Shown piece after piece: positions 29,112 through 36,406 of a stretch of 36,407 bases of DNA (the first letter of the stretch is position 1; each line of letters begins with the position of its first letter). A model generated the notes under the pieces. The model was not told the DNA's origin, made no database searches, and worked only from the letters and a program-made list of their open reading frames with translations. Location of the stretch: the IMG/VR virus record IMGVR_UViG_3300033559_000006, positions 1 to 36,407 of that record. One strand, 5' to 3'. Position numbers and translations under genes: made by a program. The DNA comes from a virus (taxonomy: Duplodnaviria; Caudoviricetes).

Positions 29112-29723
29112 ATGGCTAAAAACAAAAAAAAGTGGTGGGGTGTATATAGCCCTGCTGGAGAAATAGTCAAAAAGATAGAAGAAACCGAGGAAAAAGCGAG
29201 AGAAATTCACAATATGGTGAAGGAAAAGGGCTTTTATGTAAAGGCTATGGAGAAGTCGCCAAATAGATTCCCAAAGCTCAAGATATACAAGGTGAAGAAC
29301 CGTAAGAAGTATATCGGTAAAGAAGAACCAATCGCACGTTCATCGTGGGAATATGATTTTATGAAGTATCTTGACAAGAATGCTCATGTTATAGAATGGA
29401 TGTCTGAACAGCCTGAAATAGCGTATGTTCATCCTATAAGAACTCTACAAGAAGGTAAGCAAATATTATGGCTATACCATCCTGACTTCTATGTGAAGTT
29501 CAGCAACGGTAATAAGGTGTGGGTTGAGTTGATTGAAATAAAACCATTCAAGCAGACGATGGAGCCACTACCAGCTAAACCAGAAGCGGGTAGGTCACAC
29601 AAGTTATTCGAGAGTGAACTGGAAACGTATATGGTCAATAAGGAGAAATGGAAAGCAGCCGAAGCATTTTGTAAAATGCGTGGTTGGTCATTCCGTGTAT
29701 TGACTGAGAAGGAACTATATTAG
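29112..29723 (+). CDS. gp4: Head completion nuclease (TnsA-like fold)
   Basis: RSSWEYDFMKYLD, EWMSE, YHPDFYVK, LIEIKPFKQT, NKEKWKAA, FRVLTEKEL. Confidence 0.92.
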   Translation: MAKNKKKWWGVYSPAGEIVKKIEETEEKAREIHNMVKEKGFYVKAMEKSPNRFPKLKIYKVKNRKKYIGKEEPIARSSWEYDFMKYLDKNAHVIEWMSEQPEIAYVHPIRTLQEGKQILWLYHPDFYVKFSNGNKVWVELIEIKPFKQTMEPLPAKPEAGRSHKLFESELETYMVNKEKWKAAEAFCKMRGWSFRVLTEKELY

Positions 29724-29724
29724 T

Positions 29725-30615
29725 TTACTTGAGTTTAGATAAGGTGTTTCTAACTCGTGATACATCCTCAAGAAGTTCACGAAGACCGCTGGTTACGAAG
29801 TATTTGAGAAGGTTTGAAGGGTTGCCTATGACAGAAGCATCAACTTCAGCCTTGATTCGGTCTGTTATAGTTGCTGGGATCTTCGACATGTCAATAAGCT
29901 TCTCATTCTTATAGTAAGCAGTTGCCATGTCATCACGAGGCTTACCAAACTTCTCAATGTCACGTTGAGCAGTCTCAAGCAGCTTATCCAACTCACCACT
30001 CTCAACGAACTTCTCAGCGGTAGCTACACCCATACGAGGGCGAATAGCTAAAATGTTATCAGACTTATCACCCATGCATATCTTGACACGTAGAGCGAAG
30101 TCTGGATTTGGCTCTTCCATCCACTTGCGGTCGATTGGGTTGTAAATCTTGGTATTGGGATACTTGAGAAGCTGAACATAGTCGCCATCACGAGTCAATA
30201 TGACATTCTCATCATACATGGATGAGTTCTTGACAATATGAGCAATGATATCATCGGCTTCAATGGTGTGAATCTTCAGCGAGTGAACGGGGAAGTTCGT
30301 CTTGAAGTCATCGTGAAGCTCGTCAAGTATGCGGTAGAACTCGGTCCAGTTGACCTCTCCACCGTTCTCGTCGGATTGCTTATCACGGGCAGCTTGGCGT
30401 TGAGCCTTGTAGGCTTCTGATAGCTGCTTACGCCAGGAGGTTCCACCGTCAAAGCAAATGTATACACTATCGGGTGAGAATTCGTTTATGTTCTTGAGAA
30501 CTGCTCTGATAAGTATATGCTTGAGCAATTGATAGCCACCCATCGCAAGCTGGGTCTTGGCTGTAAACAGGTTTGCGTGGGCAAGCAAGGAGAAATCAAT
30601 AAGAAGGTTCTTCAT
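29725..30615 (-). CDS. rnh: RNase H / 5'-3' exonuclease (T4 rnh family)
   Basis: LLIDFS, CFDGGTSWRK...YKAQR, EADDII, TRDGDYVQL, GDKSDNI, NEKLIDMSKIP. Confidence 0.93.
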   Translation of the reverse strand: MKNLLIDFSLLAHANLFTAKTQLAMGGYQLLKHILIRAVLKNINEFSPDSVYICFDGGTSWRKQLSEAYKAQRQAARDKQSDENGGEVNWTEFYRILDELHDDFKTNFPVHSLKIHTIEADDIIAHIVKNSSMYDENVILTRDGDYVQLLKYPNTKIYNPIDRKWMEEPNPDFALRVKICMGDKSDNILAIRPRMGVATAEKFVESGELDKLLETAQRDIEKFGKPRDDMATAYYKNEKLIDMSKIPATITDRIKAEVDASVIGNPSNLLKYFVTSGLRELLEDVSRVRNTLSKLK

Positions 30616-30621
30616 GAGCTT

Positions 30622-30627
30622 ATTATA
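30622..30627 (-). promoter_or_regulatory. -10 box TATAAT 6 nt before the rnh ATG (leaderless arrangement)
   Basis: TATAAT-aagctc-ATG, no SD, immediately after a terminator. Confidence 0.55.
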
Positions 30628-30637
30628 CAGATACTAC

Positions 30638-30672
30638 AAAAAAAGCAACCCCAGGGTTTTAGCCTGGGGTTG
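30638..30672 (-). terminator. Intrinsic terminator
   Basis: CAACCCCAGG-ctaaaac-CCTGGGGTTG then C and T7. Confidence 0.9.
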
Positions 30673-30689
30673 TGAGTTACTTATATAAG

Positions 30690-31373
30690 TTATTGTTTCT
30701 TTGGTAATTTTCCTATTCCCTTTTTATTATTCCACATCTTATATAAAATGTTAAAAAACAATTCCGTTTCGTCGGAAAATTTTAATAAGTCCCCACCGAC
30801 TTCCCGAATTTTATCTTTAAAAAAGGTATCTTTAAAATAGGTATCTCTGAAATACTCTGAAGCGAATTGTCCAAAGTTCGCAAATCCTGCATCCCAATCT
30901 ATATGTCCACTTATTTCATCAGCTAAAATGTCAATACTTTTCTTTGGAACTATAGTAGTGTCTATCTTCGATAACACTTCCACAAGCATTGGAATTGAAA
31001 TACTAAATTTCATTGACTCTTCTGGAGAAGAATAACCAGATTGTGAATCAATTTTAATTAACACATTAGATTCTTTAGAAGACATACCTAATTTAGATAT
31101 CTCTCTCTTCATTTTTGGTAATACAGATGCTAATTCATGAGTGTTATGCCAAGAACCCCACTCACTCCCATCAAGATATATAGCAACTAATACATTTTTA
31201 GTATGTGCTTGATTTATAGCTTGAACTACTTTATCTATTTTAGATACTTGCTCCGGTGAAATAAATGTAGGATCAAAATCCTGGGCAACATCACCATCGT
31301 CACCAAAACCTTCAACCAAAGGATTTACCGCAAGTCCACGGTTCTTGAAGAAGCTTTCTCTGAGTGATGTCAT
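30690..31373 (-). CDS. Leader-bearing hypothetical protein B (AT-rich payload, 227 aa)
   Basis: Start reassigned to ATG 31373 (AAGGA upstream): MTSLRESFFKNRGLAVNPLVEG; body 14/60 and 16/60 GC in lines 30721 and 31021. Confidence 0.8.
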   Translation of the reverse strand: MTSLRESFFKNRGLAVNPLVEGFGDDGDVAQDFDPTFISPEQVSKIDKVVQAINQAHTKNVLVAIYLDGSEWGSWHNTHELASVLPKMKREISKLGMSSKESNVLIKIDSQSGYSSPEESMKFSISIPMLVEVLSKIDTTIVPKKSIDILADEISGHIDWDAGFANFGQFASEYFRDTYFKDTFFKDKIREVGGDLLKFSDETELFFNILYKMWNNKKGIGKLPKKQ

Positions 31374-32007
31374 ATTCTTATCCTTCTTGGGAAGCGTCAT
31401 ATATAGCAGTCAACCATCCCTTTTCTTCCGGTGTCAACTTGCTTTCGATGTAGTCCTTGAGTGCCTTGATGTTAGGCTTACGAGCCTTGTTTGCAGCATT
31501 TGCCGCATCTCTGCCCTTCATGGTTGCTCTTGGATCGGCATATGGTGTTGCCTTGAGTGCTGAGACAAGTTGCTGGAAGGTTTGGTCGCCGTCGAAACGC
31601 TTCAACATTGCCTGAATCTTCTCATTTCTTTTTGCGACTTTGGCATTCTTTGCCATAACATCAAGAGTGGAACCAATGGCACTACCGACATTGTTAGCAA
31701 CTTCCTTACCCTTGTTCCATGCCCAAATACCAAGAGCGATTGCGCCGATTCCTCCGACAACACCGGCGACGGTGCCAAGACCAACTCCAAGTCCGGTTTC
31801 TAGTCCGCCCATTTCTTCAACCTTTTCGGTTTCTTCCATATCATTTACTGGTGGAGCGTTTGTATCATTTACATATGGAGCATCTTCGTCAGATGAACTC
31901 GATCCCATTGATGGAACCGGACCCATATTCAATTCATTCAGTCCTTCATTCAACGGATTTACCGCAAGTCCACGGTTCTTGAAAAAGTTTTCTCTGAGTG
32001 TTGACAT
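31309..32007 (-). repeat. Direct repeat of 65 bp (31309-31373 and 31943-32007) encoding a shared N-terminal leader
   Basis: 58/65 identical by manual alignment, with a 29-bp exact core ggatttaccgcaagtccacggttcttgaa (31321-31349, 31955-31983). Confidence 0.95.
31378..32007 (-). CDS. Leader-bearing hypothetical protein A with glycine-zipper hydrophobic helix
   Basis: MSTLRENFFKNRGLAVNPLNEG; GLGVGLGTVAGVVGGIGAIALGIWAW; SD AAGGAG. Confidence 0.85.
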   Translation of the reverse strand: MSTLRENFFKNRGLAVNPLNEGLNELNMGPVPSMGSSSSDEDAPYVNDTNAPPVNDMEETEKVEEMGGLETGLGVGLGTVAGVVGGIGAIALGIWAWNKGKEVANNVGSAIGSTLDVMAKNAKVAKRNEKIQAMLKRFDGDQTFQQLVSALKATPYADPRATMKGRDAANAANKARKPNIKALKDYIESKLTPEEKGWLTAIYDASQEG

Positions 32008-32025
32008 GCGATTGCTCCTTATACT

Positions 32026-32054
32026 AATAAACCCAGGTCAGTCCAGGGTTTATT
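32026..32054 (-). terminator. Hairpin, probable terminator
   Basis: AATAAACCC...GGGTTTATT inverted repeat after the 32079 stop; U tract imperfect. Confidence 0.55.
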
Positions 32055-32078
32055 TTAATGGTTTACTGTTTTTGACTA

Positions 32079-32615
32079 TTACGACTTCTTGTTGAGTCCG
32101 TCGTTGCCCTTGTTCATCTTGTCATCAAGTGACAATCCGAAAGCTCCACGAACCTTAGCACGGAATGCCGAGAGATTGCCGTACTCGCCAACTTCCTTGG
32201 CTCCTGCTGATACGCCTTCTTCACGGTCAACTCTCTGTGCCTTCTCAACTTCGCCCTTCTTACCAATCTTAGCGTCACCCTTGCCAGTTTCCTTGACGCC
32301 AGCAGCAGCACCCTGTTCACGGGATACTGGCTTGACGGTTTCCTTGGCACCCTTCATCTCGGCACCTTCAGGCTTGTATTCCTTGATGCCAGAATCCTTG
32401 ACGCCTTCGCCACGAGCGACTGGCTTGACAGGCTTCGAGTTCTTGTCAACCGACTGGAAGCCAACAGGCTTGCCACTCTTGAAGCCCTTAGCTGCTTCTG
32501 GACCGCCGCCTTCTGGAGCGCCGGGCATCCCATCTCTCTTGCCGTCGCCTATAGCGCCAGATTCAGATTCGGTAAGCTTCTTGTATTCCTGCTTGAGTGT
32601 CTTGAGGTCAGCCAT
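32079..32615 (-). CDS. Charged low-complexity protein, paralogue of 32663-33103; putative head-internal protein
   Basis: SD AAGGAG; KLTE-S site; shared GKPVG...SKPV and GLSLDDKxNKGNDG motifs. Confidence 0.85.
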   Translation of the reverse strand: MADLKTLKQEYKKLTESESGAIGDGKRDGMPGAPEGGGPEAAKGFKSGKPVGFQSVDKNSKPVKPVARGEGVKDSGIKEYKPEGAEMKGAKETVKPVSREQGAAAGVKETGKGDAKIGKKGEVEKAQRVDREEGVSAGAKEVGEYGNLSAFRAKVRGAFGLSLDDKMNKGNDGLNKKS

Positions 32616-32637
32616 CTTATGCTCCTTGTGTAAAATC

Positions 32638-32645
32638 TATTTATA
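32638..32645 (-). promoter_or_regulatory. T4-type late promoter TATAAATA
   Basis: Exact consensus, intergenic. Confidence 0.75.
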
Positions 32646-32662
32646 TTGGTAGACTGGTAGAC

Positions 32663-33103
32663 TTAGTGAATCTTACCGTCATTGCCCTTGTTGAGCTTGT
32701 CATCAAGCGACAATCCCATCTTAGCACGGATACGATCACGGAACTTTGCGAATTCCTTCTCAGCACCCTTGGCTACTGGAGCCTTGCCGATGCCGTTCTC
32801 TGTGCGTTCCTGCTTGGTCTTGTCGTTAGCAGCCTTGTCGGTGCCTTCGAACTTGTCAGGAGCAGCTTCAACACCAGCGTCATTCTTATTGCCGGTCTTG
32901 GTGTCGAGTTCCTTGCTCTTGGCGTCATACTCCTTTGGAGCATCCTTGACACCAGCATCAGTCTTGCGACTAACTGGCTTCGAGTGGTCATCCTTCGATA
33001 GAACACCAACAGGCTTACCAGCCGAGAATCCATCGTTGTCTTCTGGAGCTTCATTTATCTTCTTGAAGGCTTCCATCAACTCTTTATTGGTAGGTACTGA
33101 CAT
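32663..33103 (-). CDS. Charged low-complexity protein, paralogue of 32079-32615
   Basis: SD AGGAG; KINE-A site; same C-terminal motif. Confidence 0.85.
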   Translation of the reverse strand: MSVPTNKELMEAFKKINEAPEDNDGFSAGKPVGVLSKDDHSKPVSRKTDAGVKDAPKEYDAKSKELDTKTGNKNDAGVEAAPDKFEGTDKAANDKTKQERTENGIGKAPVAKGAEKEFAKFRDRIRAKMGLSLDDKLNKGNDGKIH

Positions 33104-33104
33104 A

Positions 33105-33737
33105 TTAGGCTCCTGTAGTTCTTGTGCTATTAGTATTTATAAGAGGTTGTGAGGCTGTCTTTGAAAAATATATAGCGAGATTATCCATGAAGTATTCGTA
33201 ATCAAATATAAAGCAATCGTTATAGTAGATACTCTTGTGTATTTTAGCTCCACATACTCTAATAAAGTCTTGTGCGTCTATAACAATATACTGACATCCA
33301 CGGTATTCCGTGACCTTGAATATTATCATCCAGGGCTTGTCAGCGGTCTTTGATTCCAACTTAGCTTGTTCTATCCACTTGTCAAGGGTTGAGTCACCGG
33401 AACCAATGAGGTTGTGTATCTTAGGGGTATCGAAGTAGTTCTTACATTCGAGAGTCCAGTAGAATCCCTGTGGAGTGATAATGTCACCACATAGAACATC
33501 CTTAGCGGCAGCATTCACATCCTTGTTCTTTATGAAGTTACTCTTTCCGAAAAATGCTCCCGACATCGGTACTCGCCTAAACTCTCCACCGAAACGCTTG
33601 CCGAGGTCTTTACATACATCCCGCTCGTAGTTCTTACCCTTGCGGTTGCCGTTGACTCTCTTCTTCTTTTCCTTGCCGTCATCAATGGTATCTTCGGGAA
33701 TCTTATCAATGTCGGAGAATAGGTCTTCTTTACCCAT
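33105..33737 (-). CDS. Holliday junction resolvase-like PD-(D/E)xK nuclease
   Basis: KGKNYERDV, FRRVPMSGA, GDII, LECKNY, WIEQA; start moved to ATG 33737 (GGAGG upstream). Confidence 0.8.
   Translation of the reverse strand: MGKEDLFSDIDKIPEDTIDDGKEKKKRVNGNRKGKNYERDVCKDLGKRFGGEFRRVPMSGAFFGKSNFIKNKDVNAAAKDVLCGDIITPQGFYWTLECKNYFDTPKIHNLIGSGDSTLDKWIEQAKLESKTADKPWMIIFKVTEYRGCQYIVIDAQDFIRVCGAKIHKSIYYNDCFIFDYEYFMDNLAIYFSKTASQPLINTNSTRTTGA
33134..33141 (-). promoter_or_regulatory. T4-type late promoter within the resolvase 3' end
   Basis: TATAAATACTAATAGCA, nearly identical to TATAAATACTTATAGCA upstream of gp22. Confidence 0.7.
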
Positions 33738-34263
33738 TGTCAACATCCTCCGCAGAAGCTACATGGCTCCAGAACTCTTCTTCAGTGAAATTTGGGTTGT
33801 TCTTGACTATCTCATCAAGCTGATTCTTAGCACGCATAATAGACAGGCGCTTCTCTTCTATCTTGAGAAGGTCATCCTGGCTCTTAGCGGATTCGTAGTA
33901 TGACTTGTAGGTTGAGTAGGTTACGAAGCCCTTGAATATCTGTGTGAATGTCAAGAGATACCAAAGGTGCTGTGGAATCAAACGCTTGATTCGTATGCAG
34001 ACGTTATCAAGCGGAGTGAACGCCTTGCGGTCTTCGTCGGACTTGAGTGGTCTGAGGATGTTGCCCTTCTCGTCAATGATTCCAAGCTTGAATGCCTTCC
34101 ACTTCTTGATCGGCATGCAGAATCGGTTGGAGATTGCGTAAACAACGGCATAATCCAGAGAGCGAGCCTCGACAAGCGAGTAAGCCTCTTGATTACGTTC
34201 TACTTCTTCGATTATTTTAGATTCTGTTTTAGATTCAGACTTCATTTTAGGTTTGTTTTTCAT
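33730..34263 (-). CDS. Conserved T4-like phage hypothetical protein (gp61.1-like)
   Basis: WKAFKLGIIDEKGNILR...KAFT...IKR motif recalled from T4-like phages; start uncertain. Confidence 0.6.
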   Translation of the reverse strand: MKNKPKMKSESKTESKIIEEVERNQEAYSLVEARSLDYAVVYAISNRFCMPIKKWKAFKLGIIDEKGNILRPLKSDEDRKAFTPLDNVCIRIKRLIPQHLWYLLTFTQIFKGFVTYSTYKSYYESAKSQDDLLKIEEKRLSIMRAKNQLDEIVKNNPNFTEEEFWSHVASAEDVDNG

Positions 34264-34341
34264 ATCGTTATAATGCAGTTCGTGGGAGTCATCTAAAGAG
34301 TGCTTACATTCATTGTATAGCGGCGGATAGCATAGAATATT

Positions 34342-34614
34342 TTAATAAACAAGTTTCTGGCTAATTCCCTTTTTTTCAAGTCTTCTCTTCTCTCTAATAT
34401 TTTCGTCATTATTTATCCTCCTTTCCAGAACCTTGTTTAGTCTATAATTTTCATCAACGTCATTATTGTTAATTGAAATACACTGCAATTCGGTAAATCT
34501 ATCGGGTCTTCTCAGTATATCAGTTCTTATTCTATACTTTAGATACTTACACTCAACAAAAATCCACCGACACATATACTGAGCGGTGGATTTTATAGTA
34601 TTAATAATAGTCAT
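34342..34614 (-). CDS. Hypothetical basic protein (90 aa)
   Basis: ATG 34614 lies 6 nt after TGTTATAAT (34621-34629); the ORF-track start overlaps the upstream gene. Confidence 0.55.
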   Translation of the reverse strand: MTIINTIKSTAQYMCRWIFVECKYLKYRIRTDILRRPDRFTELQCISINNNDVDENYRLNKVLERRINNDENIREKRRLEKKGISQKLVY

Positions 34615-34639
34615 GTAACCATTATAACAGGTTGATGGA

Positions 34640-36406
34640 TTATCTTCCCGAGAGCCTGTCAGCAGCAGTTCTTCCAAGACCGTCGATAAGAGCGTCTTCG
34701 GCAGTTCTGTAGGAAGTTGCCTTTACAGACTCAACCATCTTCTTGACTGGCTTGACTTCCTTAGCTTCCGACTCATTGACAGACTTCCAGCCACGCTGGA
34801 ATGCCTGACGGAGAGCATGCTCACCAATTGGAGCAGAACGGTAGCTATACTGCGAGTCGATCTGCTCGACCTGAGTTGTGTCTTCCGAGAGAACGGCATC
34901 GTCAACGATGTTGTTTATCTCTTCGAGTGGATTGGTGAATCTCTCGCATACTCTCTGAATAGCGACTTCACGGGCGCAGCGGTGAAGAGCGTTATCCTTG
35001 ATGTACTTGTAGATATCCTTACGGTCGGCAGCACTTGAACCAACGGTTCCGATCTTATCGGTTGCGAGGTCTTCTGCGCCGAACTTCTGACCACCGAGGC
35101 GGTTTCCACCACCAAGACCGACAACTCCTGTTACCTGAGTTTCACCTTCAGTAACATAGTTAGCGGCTACAGATGCCCAGCGTCTCTTCGACTCGCCCAT
35201 AAGCTCGGTTGTTGCCTGCCATTCCAACTTCGAGTCGGCGTGGCGGATGCTTTCGGTGAAGATATCAATCTTGGTGGTTGTCTTGCCACGACCAAGAGTG
35301 AAGATATTCTTGTTGATTGTGAGGATATTCCAAGTATCGACCGACTTCTCAACGAGAACTTCGTCGCCAACTCTGAATCCGTTGAATCCTTCACGGTAGG
35401 CTACCTTGCCGGTTGGCTTCTTGGTTGCGCCTGGACCATTGCTTTCAGTGTCTTTATCCATAAGTTCCTTTGGTTCCTCTGTAAATGGTATCTTTTCTTC
35501 TGTCTCTTCAGCAGTCATATCAGTCTGCAATGCATCGCCCGACTTCTCTGCTTCTGCACGAGTAGCTGTGCTATCAGCCTTGCGGTGATATGCTCCAACC
35601 GTATTCTCACCACGCTTGGTCAAGAACTCTCTCTTACCACGAACATCCTTCTTCTTTGCTTCTGCGAATGTGCGGAGGTAAGCTTCAGCAAATGGATCGT
35701 CGCCTGCTGGAGCAGCGTCTCCACCTTCGGCTGGAGCAGCTTCAGCATCTCCACCTTCAGAGGCAAATGGATCTGAACCAGCTTCATCTCCACCTTCGGC
35801 TGGAGCGTCTTCTGTTCCACCTTCGGCTGACTCTTCACCAGTTAATCCGGTAACTGCGGTAAGAAGGTCATCAATCTTGGTTTCGAGGCGCTTGAACTTA
35901 TCCTGAACGGTTTCAGCAGCATCCTGCACGTTTGCTATAGCGTCTTCCTCGCCGCCTGCATCGGCTCCTGCGTCACCACCATCGGCTGCGAATGGATCTG
36001 AACCAGCTTCATCCCCACCTTCGGCTGGAGCAGCGGCGTCTCCGCCTGCATCTCCACCTTCAGCGGCAAATGGGTCGGCTCCTGCGTCACCACCAGCATC
36101 GGCTCCACCTTCGGCTGGAGCAGCTTCTCCACCAGCGCCAGCATCGGCAGCGAATGGATCTTCGTCTTCACCAAGCTTGACTTCTATTTCACCATCTTCA
36201 TCGCTAACTTCATCGCCAGCTTCTATTCCCAAATCTGGCTTGGCATTAGGATCATCAAGCTTCTCAAGCTTGTAGATAGGAACGAGTTCGTCTATAACTT
36301 CGGCTCCTGGGGCTGACTCTTCAACTCCACCAGAAACATGGTCATGAACTGCCTGAACGATGAGGTTGACATGTTCAATCTCGTCAGGGTGGTTCTGCTG
36401 AACGTA
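34640..36406 (-). CDS. Large acidic repeat-rich protein, 5' end outside window; putative prohead core/internal protein
   Basis: Frame stays open from 36232 to the window edge (YVQQNHPDEIEHVN...); DPFA and APAEGGD repeats; several hydrophobic-x-E-(A/S/G) sites. Confidence 0.85.
   Translation of the reverse strand, partial: YVQQNHPDEIEHVNLIVQAVHDHVSGGVEESAPGAEVIDELVPIYKLEKLDDPNAKPDLGIEAGDEVSDEDGEIEVKLGEDEDPFAADAGAGGEAAPAEGGADAGGDAGADPFAAEGGDAGGDAAAPAEGGDEAGSDPFAADGGDAGADAGGEEDAIANVQDAAETVQDKFKRLETKIDDLLTAVTGLTGEESAEGGTEDAPAEGGDEAGSDPFASEGGDAEAAPAEGGDAAPAGDDPFAEAYLRTFAEAKKKDVRGKREFLTKRGENTVGAYHRKADSTATRAEAEKSGDALQTDMTAEETEEKIPFTEEPKELMDKDTESNGPGATKKPTGKVAYREGFNGFRVGDEVLVEKSVDTWNILTINKNIFTLGRGKTTTKIDIFTESIRHADSKLEWQATTELMGESKRRWASVAANYVTEGETQVTGVVGLGGGNRLGGQKFGAEDLATDKIGTVGSSAADRKDIYKYIKDNALHRCAREVAIQRVCERFTNPLEEINNIVDDAVLSEDTTQVEQIDSQYSYRSAPIGEHALRQAFQRGWKSVNESEAKEVKPVKKMVESVKATSYRTAEDALIDGLGRTAADRLSGR
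35766..36031 (-). repeat. 41-bp direct repeat (35766-35806, 35991-36031) encoding APAEGGDEAGSDP(F)
   Basis: One mismatch between copies; shorter variants between about 35690 and 36160. Confidence 0.9.

Noticed and set aside
29112-29723. TnsA transposase / Tn7-like element
   Set aside because: Motifs and context fit gp4 head completion; no other transposition genes or ends.
31309-32007. 65-bp repeat as att sites or a DGR template/variable pair
   Set aside because: Both copies begin at start codons and encode the same peptide; mismatches are not adenine-specific; no integrase or reverse transcriptase in the window.
497-36180. Numerous plus-strand ORFs in the track
   Set aside because: Antisense shadows of recognisable minus-strand genes; only 29112-29723 is supported.
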